Origin: Callorhinchus milii
Taxonomy: Eukaryota
Length of the DNA: 64,000 bases
Reading direction: 5' to 3'
Assembly (NCBI RefSeq): GCF_018977255.1
Contig: NW_024704743.1
Location: 79,734,001 to 79,798,000, forward strand
Part shown: one piece after another, positions 49,266-60,200 of the stretch
How the letters are laid out: each line of letters starts with the position of its first letter
Numbering within the stretch: the stretch's first letter is position 1
Position numbers and translations under genes: made by a program
Notes under the pieces: model-generated
Told to the model about the DNA's origin: nothing
The model's input: the letters and a program-made list of their open reading frames with translations, nothing else
The model's database searches: none

Positions 49266-50760
49266 ATGTGTGAATTTTGACAGGCCATTAGACTGCAGGA
49301 ATGTTGATGCCATGTCTGATCATATCCCCTCGATCTACACACATGTGCACTTCCAGCAAAGGGTCACTGGTCAGTGAATCAGGAGTAAGAATCCTGGCTG
49401 ACATTTTCCTTCCCTAACTCCGGATCCAACCACTCATCTGGACTTTCTACTCATGCTATTATTTGTGCCTGTAGTCATTCTTTAGTAAATCTAAAGGTAA
49501 ACTTTTTTGTTTGTGCGTGGTGTGAGATCATTCCATCTTTATGTAGTGTCTACGGTAGGAACCTCTTTGCTTGGGTATCCGCAATGTTTTTTGGTCACGA
49601 TGGACAAATGGGCAGCTTGCTGATTATACCTTTTGTTGTCTACTCAGCAGTACCAGACGTTCAGCCATGAGAAGTGATATAAACCATGATTGGAAAATAT
49701 TTGTTTGCACAATCCAGACCAGGCAAACAGACAACATCTCAGATTAACAGAAGACAAAAGCAAGCAGAAATAAAATATAAAGTGGTCTTTTATAAGGTTC
49801 TGTTTTGACCTTTCTGCAAAGATTTAATTACAAATCAAATCTGCGTGAATGAAAAATTCAATGAACAAATGTATGTTGAAGATTGACCAATTGTCCACTG
49901 AGATCAATATTGCAATACCCCCTCTCCCCCGTAATCACTTGCAAATAATCTCATCTCGAATTCCACCCGAAGGACACAATGACCTTTACACACACAGTGT
50001 GACATGTGACTGCTGACAACAACTGTCCCTGTTCTGGTGCCTGTCATCCATACTGTCCCTGATCAGTGTCAATTAGTCACCAATGAGCTGACAAGAGGCA
50101 CAGCGCAGCAGACACCATGCAAATAAAACTACAGCAGCCGGTGATTCAACACAAGAAACGCAACAAACAACAAAAGGGAAAGTGACTCAGAAACATAATG
50201 CTGTTAGGAACAGAATTAGAAGGATGCTCAATGCTAGAACAGATGACGTCCTCTCTCAATTCTAAACGAAAATGCATTCAGCTCACATAAAAACATACAC
50301 TATAAGGTAGTTTGAAGGTCAGGCCTAGTTACATGACGTTTCTCTTTTAATGTTTAGATTCCTCATTTATTTCCATTTTCTCCCCTTTCCCCTCTAATTT
50401 ATAGGCTATTGGAGCCACACATGCACTTCTGAGTGAATTAGGTCCTGCTCCCAAACACTCTCCTATCTCCTCTCAAAGCCTGGCCTCTGTCAGCTGGCAG
50501 ACAGCATGGTCCTAACTGCTAGATAATGTCTGATTTTACTGTGCTGGATGCAGAGCTTCAATACCGCATTAGTATTACACCAGGGACTTTGGTCAGTGAC
50601 AGAGCCAAAAACTGACAACTGTACACGCATGAGGTATCTGGGTTTCAATCACTGGCATCTGTAGGACTCAATATCTCAATAGTGTTGTACCTCAAACCAC
50701 GATTGTCACCACCAGGAAAGATAAGCAGAGACCGGGCCAGGAAAAACATTTTTGAAAATT

Positions 50761-50826
50761 AAATACTCAATACCTCTCTGTTAAATACTCAATATCTCCC
50801 TGTTAAATACTCAATATCTCCCTGTT
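50761..50826. repeat. 22-bp tandem repeat x3
   Basis: AAATACTCAATATCTCCCTGTT three times; the first copy has 2 mismatches. Confidence 0.95.
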
Positions 50827-50924
50827 GGTTCACTCTCTATGATCTCTTGTGAGTAGGAGTTAGGAGCAATGCGATTGGACTCAAGGTATTGGGGAAGGGA
50901 AAAGTAATAATGGTATCTTATTAT

Positions 50925-51170
50925 CTGCTAGTTAGTCGATTGGCGGATCACTCAAAAAAAATTGTTCACTCAATCCATGACTTTGAGGGACCCAGCTGTG
51001 CACAAATGGCTGCCAAGTTTTGCCCACAAAATACACAGCCAATCCTCTTTACAATACATTCTGTGCTGTGATAAAGTGCTGTATTTAAGCTCTCTGTGAC
51101 ACTACCTTGTGTGAGGGGCGCTATATAAATGCAAGTTGTTGTTATCAAATGTAAGGATTATTATTATTAT
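50925..51170 (+). mobile_element. Long-subfamily SINE remnant with an L2 tail (51085-51142) inserted in its tail
   Basis: GTGCTGTAT [..GTGAGGGGCGCTATATAAATGCAAGTTGTTGT] TATCAAATGTAAGGATTATTA. Confidence 0.75.
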
Positions 51171-51352
51171 CCCATTCCAGTGATTCTTGCTGGAAAGTAG
51201 ATGGGGATAGATATCTTGGTGAGAGCTGGATAGAGATGTGATGTCTGCACAGTCACAAGCTTGTCACCCACCACTGGCTGGGCTCACACATAAAGAACAA
51301 TGACTTGAGTAATCCCCAGACACCCATGGGACTGAAACCCAGCAAAAAGATA

Positions 51353-51912
51353 ACGACAACAACAACAGCTTGCACTTATATAGCACCCTCCACGTAGGGT
51401 AGCGTCTCAGAGCACTTAACAGTGGCGGAGCCTGACTCCAAGCTGGGGGAGGCAGTCCTGGTCAGAGACCGGGTGTGGGGAAGGAAGGACAGCTGGGGAT
51501 TGGACCGGATACCTAGATTGCGCACTGGTTCGGTGAGTCTGAGGGAGAGCCCAGGGAGGTTGAGGAGTTCAGATCCGCAGGAGTGAAGACGGGAGCCAAG
51601 GAGTATGGCTTCCATCTTGTCCACATTCAGCTGCACGAAGTTTGCACTTATCCAGGCCCTGATGTCTGCCAGACAAGCTGATAGAACATCGGAGGACCTA
51701 GAGTCGCAGCGGGAGGAGGCAAAGTGGATTTGTGGGTCATCCGCATACATATCAAAGTTTACCTCGTGTCTGTGGATGACATCACCAAGAAGGAGCACGT
51801 AGATGAGGAAAAGAAGGGGGCCAAGGATGGAGCCCTGGGGTACCCCGCAGGTGACCGGGCAGGGGCGAGAGAAGAAACCATTTGCCGAGATGAAGTGGAG
51901 GCGGTTGGTTAA
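51353..51912 (-). mobile_element. L2 fragment (RT core joined to tail type B by an internal deletion)
   Basis: VTCGVPQGSILGPLLFLIY..MYADDPQI..VRNLG, then directly the 3' tail and (GTT)n. Confidence 0.9.
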
Positions 51913-52870
51913 GTGGAACAACAGCTTTCGGAAGAGAAGGGAAGCAAATTGTAGACAAAAAAGTCGTTGGAGCGCAAAACAATGAATGGGTTTTCAGATT
52001 TTGGACACATTGCGATGAAACTCCTCTGTATATCCAGAGCAGTAAACTGATCCACTGTTTTCTTTTTTTGGTCAGCCTGGTGTCTAACCACCATGTTTGG
52101 GAACACTGCATTATCAGTGATCCCATACTCTGAATGAGGTATTGAACCAAAATCCTGTCTTCCTGTTTGCGGGCATTAAAGATCCCATAACACTATTGAA
52201 AAAGAAAGTCTACCAAATAATAATAAAAATCCTTACATTTGATATGGAGTTTTTCACATCAGGAGGATATCTCAAAGCACTTAATGGGGATTACTATAAA
52301 GTGTCATGACTGTGTATTTTATAGGCACTGCTTCATCTCATGCCTGGTTGCGGGACTACGCTCTGTGCAAAATGACTGCTGTGTTTGCCTACAGAACCAA
52401 TTACTACATTTGACAGTAATCACTTGTGAAGCACTTGAGATGTTTCAACATTACAAGCACTATAAAAATGCAGGTTCTTTCTATCCGAGTCCAGTTAGGT
52501 TAAGGAGTAACAGCTTCAAATCTTTATTACATCTTGCATAAGACATAAGAGCGACAGTGGATTCTATCACGTGGCAATTGCTGACACGAGTGATACATAA
52601 GTCAATACATAACAAAATGTCATTGATATTAATTGCCATTGTGTGAAAGAGCCAGATGTCAAGACTATGATGAGGCATTGTGGTAGTCATTGGCTATTGT
52701 GGGATTCCTTAAAGTATTCCTTATGCTGATTAAGACAAATAACGTGCTAAGGAATACCACAAATTTTACCCCGTTGTCTCTGATTTCCAACCTGAATCGG
52801 CTTCTTTGGGAGATTGACAGTCATCCAGCGTCTTGGGAAGTCCTCCTGATGTGAAAGACGTTATACAAAT

Positions 52871-53250
52871 AACAACACCTTGCATTTATATAGTGCCACT
52901 CACACAGGGTAGCGTCCCCGACTGCTTGACAGTATCGGAGCCTGACACCGAGCCGGGGGAGGGGGAGATGACCGGAGGTACGGTCGAAGAGGAAGGTTTT
53001 CAGGTACAACCTGGAGATGGGGAAGGGCAAAGCGGAGGAATATAGGAAAAGTGTTCCAGTGTTTCGGGGTGTAGTGGCTGAAAGTATGGCTGGCGGTGGT
53101 GGAATGGTGGGCATGAGAGTTATGCAGTGGGTTGGGGAGCTAAGCAGGTCATGAAGAGATTTGAAAACTAGTGTGAGGATCTTGAAATCGATCCGTTCGG
53201 CGATAGGGAGCAAGTGGAGCCTGGCTAGAACTGGTGTGATGGAGTACAGA
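52871..53250 (-). mobile_element. L2 3' fragment (type B) inserted in a plus-strand L2 tail
   Basis: Encodes LHLLPIAERIDFKILTLVFKSLHDL. Host tail: GTGAAAGACGTTATACAAAT [insert] GTAATTTATTGTTCTTGTTGTT. Confidence 0.85.
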
Positions 53251-53278
53251 GTTTAGTAATTTATTGTTCTTGTTGTTA

Positions 53279-53601
53279 TAATAATAATAATAATAGTAAT
53301 CCTTGCATTTGATATAGCGCTTTTCACGTCGGGAGGACGTCCCAAAACGCTGCACAGAATATACTGTAAAGTGAATTGACTGTATATTTGTGGGCGAACG
53401 CGGCAGCCAATTGCGCACAGCAATGTCCCACAAACAGTCGTAAATTGGAAATGACCAATTTATTATTGTTTTTAGTTTTTGGAGGGATTATTATTAGGCG
53501 TGTGGAGTAAGGAAACTTGCCCAAGGTTTCGACCTGCCTGGAATTGAACTCAGGTCTCTCACTTGCAAAGCGAGTGCTCTAACCACTGAGCTACAGGACT
53601 C
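53279..53601 (-). mobile_element. Young tRNA-headed SINE, short subfamily
   Basis: Near-identical to the copies at 25221 and 33540. Confidence 0.95.
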
Positions 53602-54352
53602 TGAAGCTGATGCAATTTTTGGACTTATTTCTCTGATGACTAACAATAAAGGTTGCCTCCTGACCATGACCAGATATTATTCTGAATAGTATAGTGGTGG
53701 AGTCAAGGCATCAATGACTACAGGTTTATCATTATTATTTATTTTAATAAAAAAGAAATCAGGAAGAATTCACAAAAAAAAGCTGCCGTGTTCTGAGGGA
53801 TGAAATGTTTCCCTTTCTTCTTTCACCAACCTTCACGTGGACATATATTTCTATCTCTCCCGAAACCCCAAAATAATAAATAAAAGTGTCTAAGATTTGA
53901 AAAAAAGAAGAAAAACACAACAAAGACAGCTTTACATCTCTTAATTTTCCTCGCGTTGAGTAATGAAACCTTTCAGCAGCACTACCAGCAACTTGCACAT
54001 ACAGCAAAACTGCCACCAATCCTTTTAACCTTGCCAGGATTCCTGACGCTGTACTAAAAAGCTATCCATCCTTCATAAGGACCAACGCCGATCACTGTTG
54101 TGCTCTTTTACACACACAAATGGTCAGTAATATTTTTTTTTCGGGGGTGGGGATGGGACGGGGGGACACGACAACAATAAATAAATTGTTGCTCATCATC
54201 ACCACAAAGTGCAAAAAACACAGATTGTCAATGCTTTTTGTTAACTGAAATATCAAGTTGAAGTGCAAGCCCCAAGTAGTACAGAACTGGGCATCTGCAG
54301 ATTATCCAGAGAGAGACTGTCAATAAATTAGAATAGACCGGATAGCACTTAC

Positions 54353-54370
54353 TGTAACATTCCTGATAGC
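54353..54370 (-). other. Candidate 18-nt microexon of an unidentified minus-strand transcript
   Basis: Minus strand: tttattttccctctttcttccccctcattgtcttttgtcgaag|GCTATCAGGAATGTTACA|gtaagtg. All three frames are open and the flanks are repeat-free. Confidence 0.45.
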
Positions 54371-56234
54371 CTTCGACAAAAGACAATGAGGGGGAAGAAA
54401 GAGGGAAAATAAACTGATTTCATGACTGGGAAATGAAAGTCAGACCCCAGCAGAATTGGCCCTCGCCCTCTCTCCCACAGCAGACAGGTTCACTGGTTTG
54501 CTTACCCAGGGAAATGCACAGAATCAGATCATGAATTATTCACCAAGGTCAGTATTAATGGCAAGATAAAGCTTTTTCAGTATATATTATTCATACAAAA
54601 AAGGCCTCTTAGTTACAGATTAAGTCTTTCATGGCTGAATGAGAAACACATGTACTTCTATGATAATATTGTGCTTTTAATCCTAGTCAGCAAATGCAAC
54701 TTTCTTTCATGATACATTTTCTATATGTGAAAATGCTTTATATATGAAAAAAAGACAACTACCTTTTCACCTCAAGGAAGGCTAGTAAATTCCACCATGT
54801 GCAGACTGTACACAGACTTCCACTTGATCCTTAAGGGATGGATGGCTCGGTGGAAGTTCCATTTCTAATTAACCAGTAGTTTACCAGTGAACTGGTTTCC
54901 ACAGCTCATCAGTGAACTGGGGAGGAGCAAGAGGGTGTAAAGAGCACTTTAAGACAATGCTTGGGAAGTACGGCAGCAGATAATGCCAGATCATCACAGA
55001 TTCAGGCAAAGACTGACCAGTTTGAAAGCAGGCTAAATCGAGTTACCTGCCCGGAGTATCTTATCGCTGTCACAGAAGAATGTGGCCATCAGGGCAGTAA
55101 GGAGGGGTAGTTCATTCTTTCTGACTAATGATGTAAGGGGAGATTGCCTATGGACCTGATGCTGTCCATATCTAATGCACATACACATAAACACACAGAC
55201 ACGCGCACACAGACATGCTTTTCCGGGATTTTTTTTCTCTTCCTGAATCCGGGGGTACTGACCCAACAATTTAGGCAGGCCTATATTTAGACACCTTGGG
55301 ACTTCCTCCTGACATGAGAAGCACTATCTAAATATAAATTGTTGTTGGATTTGTTTCATAAAAAAAATTCTGTCTTGTCCCTCACCCTCCCAAACCCTTT
55401 TCCACCTGCAGCTCATGCTGTATTCACCCAATGAACCATCAGGGAGGGTACAATATTTTATGTTGGGTGTCAAATAATCTTTATCAAATAGTCTTTATCA
55501 AATAGGCTGTATCAATTTCGCAATTTGTTTCACAAACATGGATAAAAGCAAACACCCTATTGTGGATCTGCACCAGTCTCCTTGGTTATTACTCCTGTAG
55601 GGCGAGTGAACAGGGCTAGTAGCTCATGTCCGATTTGTTAATAATAATGATAAATAGAAGGACGTCTCAAAGTGTTTCACTGTAAAGTGGAGTGACAGGG
55701 AATTTTTTGACTGACATTGTTAAGATGGTAAGCAGCAGTCCTTAGAGCTGGCTTGTAATCACGTGGCTTATTTTTTCCAAAATGCTTGCATTGTGGATGG
55801 TGCTGATTCAGGGGAGAATGCCCAGTGGATTTCATTTTACACACACTCCTCAAACCAGTCAACCAAAAGCATCCTTTAGCACGCAACTCAGAATACGATG
55901 ATCTTACTACTACCCACTGTTAGATTTCTCTTCGTATATCTAACACTGACTAACTCCATGCAAACAACCAAAGATTCACTGGTATGCTCTTGCCTTAAAT
56001 CGTATTATTACTTTGATTTTCTTGCAAAATTGCTTCAGTTGTTCCATTCAGATTGACACATTAATCCCTTGGTGACAGTTTGCTTTTGCAGGTCTTGCCA
56101 GGCCATATGTATTACCAAATCAAAGTGCTTCCCCTAATGAGCTACTTAGTAAGAGCACAAACAGGGAGTCCACATGCTGGAGCCCACAGGACTCACTGGG
56201 TAATCTCACAATTCTACCTAGTCCTTGCCTCCAA

Positions 56235-56385
56235 GTCCATCTTGTCTTAAAATAGATTGATTGTGGAAAATTCTTAAATTCAGTCTTCATTTGGAAACTT
56301 TTTTAAAAAAAATATTTGCACAAAACCGAATTTAGGACAATTCTGTGCAATGTTAAATTTTAAGACAAGGTGGAACTTTGATCCT
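56235..56385. mobile_element. Internally deleted foldback MITE
   Basis: CCATCTTGTCTTAAAAT..ATTTTAAGACAAGGTGG are inverted ends; inner TTGTGGAAAATTCTTAAATTCAGTCTT. Confidence 0.6.
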
Positions 56386-57469
56386 CGGGTGTACATACAC
56401 AAACCATCCCTCACAACATGTGGGTCAGATCTTCAAAATTAACAGTGAGAGCATCTCACAGCTTTGGGGGCCCAAACTGCAGCACTTCAGAATGAGATTC
56501 CTTAATATCAGGGTCTAATGTGCAATATTCAAGAGAACAGATTTGTGCATTATATCTTCCAGTTTGTGATAATGATGGAAACTGCAAACTCCCTAACAAG
56601 TCAGCAAAGTGAGAAAAGATAGGGGAGCAAAACCCAATCTAAAATCGTGAAGCAAAAGTTGCAATGTATACGATAAATCTGGTTTTGTAGATTTCGCAAA
56701 ATAGCCTCCCCCCAAATGCCAAGTCACAAATGGGATTTTTAAGTAATAGGTAATGCCCAGCGGATACTCCAATCCAACATGATCCAATTCTGGAAGAGTT
56801 CCTGCAAGTATCCATTTGCAACCTAATCGTTGTTAAGGAATCCCTTTAAGAAATGCTGCAATTCAGACCCTCCCTCAAATCCACTTTGTAATGTAAAATC
56901 TCTGTCCTTTGGGAGTCACAGATTACAAATGCCAGTGCAGGCTTTGCTTCAGGAGTTTTATTTTGCAGATTTTCTCTTGACAATTGGCAGCCTGTGTCAA
57001 TCTATCTTAAAAAGAGCAAAAGCAATATTAAGTGGCACGCTAAGGGGAATGTCTCCACTTGTAACTGGCAGCAGCAGCAGCAGGTGCAGGTTTCAAATAA
57101 TAGGATATTACCTGCTCTGTGCAACACATGAGAACACTCTAGGGTATGTGGGAACACCCACACACAAAAGAAAAACACTGTTGAGGTTGTCAAGTCACCC
57201 CCATCTCCAGCTGACAACAAGCAGCAAGACATGAATCGCGATGTATTCCCCAAAGTCTAACACACAAAAATTGTTTATAAGACACTGAATAACAAACTTC
57301 TGCGGGGGAGGCATGGTATACATTCCTGGAGATTAGCCCCACAGGTAGACGACACAAAGAGTTTGGTATCTGTTGCTAATTCAATGATGTGTATTCAACA
57401 CTTGAAGAGCACTTGAGCTTCAATAAACATAATATTTATTGCATTTGGTAACAACGTCTTTCACAGCAG

Positions 57470-57760
57470 GAAAGCGCTTCACAGGATATACTGTGAAGTG
57501 CAGTGACTGTTTATTCTGTGGTCGAACACGGCTGCCAAATTGTGCAGAGCAATGGCCCACAAACAATCATGAAGTGAATAACCAATTATATTTGGGGAGA
57601 TTGTTGGCCAAGTGACTGGGAGAAATTCCCTTCTCTTTTTGAATATTGTGGGATCTTTAGGGTGTCCATCTGAACAAGCAGACAGACCTCGGTTTAACAT
57701 CTCATCCAAAGGGTGGTAGCTCCAACAACGCAGAACACCATCAGCACTTCACTTGAGTGT
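57470..57760 (-). mobile_element. Deu-domain SINE
   Basis: Reverse-complement Deu core GACAGACCTCGGTTTAACATCTCATCCAAAG. Confidence 0.8.
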
Positions 57761-57801
57761 CAATGGTGCAAGTAGTGCAGTTGCGCCAAGGCCCAGGAGG
57801 A

Positions 57802-57915
57802 TTCACCCACAAAATATACAGTTGATTCACTTTACAGTATATTCTGTGAGGTGCTTTGAGACGTCTCAAAGACGTGATAAGGCGCTATATCAAATGCAAG
57901 GATTATTTTTTATTA
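57802..57915 (+). mobile_element. SINE 3' fragment
   Basis: GAGACGTCTCAAAGACGTGATAAGGCGCTATATCAAATGCAAGGATTATT. Confidence 0.85.
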
Positions 57916-58709
57916 TAGGTTTTGAGGGCCCAACCTAATGGTGGCGAAACAACTTGTGTTCTCTCATTTTCCATTTCAATATAACCACATCATGCTTGCA
58001 CTTCTCTGGGGAGAAAGAGAACTTGAGGAGACGGAGATGGTAAAAGCAATATTTTAGATTTCAAAATTGGGATGGGGGCCCCAACGTACTGCAACTAGAC
58101 CCCCTGGGGCTTTGTTATTCCAGTGTTGGAGTTGAACTATACTAGAGTCAATTCTTGGACTTTCGTAGGTACTGTGGATCAATTTTACACTGAGTTGTAA
58201 CATCAACAACTGCACAGCAATGATCCAGAAACAGCAATGCAGTGAATGACCAATTTTATTTGAGAGATTGTTTCAATGAGGATTCAATGCAAATTGCACC
58301 GAAAAAAGGCATTTTCGCACCATTTGTAAGTGCAGTCAATGTGAGGAGAATGATGCATAGTTGCTTATCATTCCCAAATGACATAAAAAGTTTGCCGAAT
58401 ATTGTTTTTCCTAAAAGCAGTGTCTAATTCACATCTTTAGTATCACAAAGCCACTTTGTCTGACGATCTGCTTCTTCTTCACATTTAGTGGATGAATGGT
58501 AAAGACAAAACACGGATAGAGTAACCTGCAAGAAGTATTTCTGCCCCAGAGATCAGTGGGGTTACTTTTAATCTGAGTATGATGCATTGAAGTCATTTTC
58601 TAAACAAACTGAAAAATGATAGTGTTGTTACATTGCCCAGGGATTACATGTTTCATCAACGACTGGAGATCATAGCCAGCTGGAATGGGAATAATGGGGC
58701 TTCCATTTC

Positions 58710-58966
58710 ATTTGGTCAGTCGGGTGTCTGACACATGCAGAAAACCATCACCATGCTTAAGGTTATCCAAACCAGACAGAGTTCCACGTATGCCACCTAT
58801 AGTTGGAAATTCCTGTCTGGAATGGAATATGCACTCTCTCCTTGGAGGAACGCACAACCTTACCTAATTTCAGCGAGTATTAGATTGGCAAGGACCAAAG
58901 CTTGGGGCCCTCATACTGCGTGTTGTAGTATTGCTGGAGTTTTACGTAGCTTAAACCATTGAAAGC
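58710..58966 (+). repeat. Unclassified interspersed repeat, copy 3
   Basis: Homologous to 10030-10470 and 35245-35600. Confidence 0.65.
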
Positions 58967-59327
58967 TTAATTGTAGAGTGTGTGTTCTGAAATGATGAGA
59001 TTGGATGGTTTGAAGTGCAAATCTTCATCCAAACCATTCTCGTGATCTTGTGGAAGCACTGTTTGGCAAGCATTTCATTCATTGATGTACAAATGTCAAG
59101 CAAGTAGCAGAGTGCAATGTCTGCCTCTATATAACGCCACACAAGTCGGCACATTGTTTAACTGAAAGAGTTCAGAGTCAACGGAAGAGCATTGTGTGCT
59201 GCATTTCCAATGTACTGGCGGGATAAAGGTTTGGCTTTCTTACTGAATCTTCTCCCCCACCACCATCAACATCCCATAACAACACTAATGCTGACAGCCT
59301 GGAAGATTGTCTACGTAGAGTATCGTA

Positions 59328-59775
59328 CAACAACAAAATTACATTTGTATAGCGCCTTTCACATCGGGAGGTTATCCCAAAGCGATGGACAATCAGTGTT
59401 TTGGACCCGAGCTGGGGGTCGGGATCAAGGAGGGTGATCGAAGGCACAGTTGAAGAGGAGGGTCTTGAGATGGGTCCAGAAGGAGGCAAGGGAGGGGGTG
59501 AGGTAGAGGCACCGCGGGATGGAGCCCCAGAAGGTGGGGGCAGAATGACTGAAGGCTGTGTGATGGGAAGGGAGTGGAGTCGGGCAAGAATAGGGGTGAT
59601 AGGGTTACGGAGTCTAGTGCACGAGAGGACATGGGCTGCAGAGTTCTGGATGATCTGCAGCCTACGGAAGGAGGTGTTGTGGAGGTCAATAAGCAGGGAG
59701 TTTGCATAGTCAAGCCTGGATGTTATGAATATGTGTATGAGGGTTTCGGCGACCTGTGCTGTGAGACAGTGAATA
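59328..59775 (-). mobile_element. L2 3' fragment (tail type A), internally deleted
   Basis: AETLIHIFITSRLDYANSLL..LQIIQNSAAHVL, closely similar to the 32.3-kb L2, and ending TACAAATGTAATTTTGTTGTTG. Confidence 0.9.
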
Positions 59776-59809
59776 TCGTAGAGCATATTCCTGGTTATGT
59801 CAGCCTTTT

Positions 59810-60200
59810 CTCCAGGACCTTGAGCGTATAGTTCAGGCTGACAATCCAATGCAGAGCTGCGGAAGTGCTGCATTACTCCACGATAAGTGCCATCCTTCCA
59901 ATAGATAGAAACCATACCCCGTCTGCCTGTTCTTAAAGATGAGTCTTAAAGTTCTTATGTGAATCTTAAAGTTCCCATGGTGCTATTAGAAAAGAGAAGG
60001 GAGTTTCTCCTGGTGTCCTGGCCAATAATCCCCCATATAAAATTTGGTCGTTCACTTCATGGCTGCTTGAGGAACATTGCTGTGTGCCACGTTTACCTGC
60101 AAATACACAGTAACTACATTTTACAGCAATTATTTGTGAAGCCCTTTGAGGTGTTTAGACCTTATTGGTGCTACATCTAATGTAGTGATTATTATTTTTA
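59810..60200 (+). mobile_element. Deu-domain SINE, 5'-truncated
   Basis: CCCATGGTGCTATTAG..GGGAGTTTCTCCTGGTGTCCTGGCCAAT. Confidence 0.8.

Noticed and set aside
50761..50826. CRISPR-like direct repeats
   Set aside because: It is a spacerless 22-bp tandem triplication in vertebrate DNA, with no cas genes.
56830..57234. 134-aa ORF
   Set aside because: Non-ATG start, no recognisable motif and no splice support.
59178..59915. 245-aa ORF
   Set aside because: It is a chimeric frame across a Deu-SINE and an L2 fragment.
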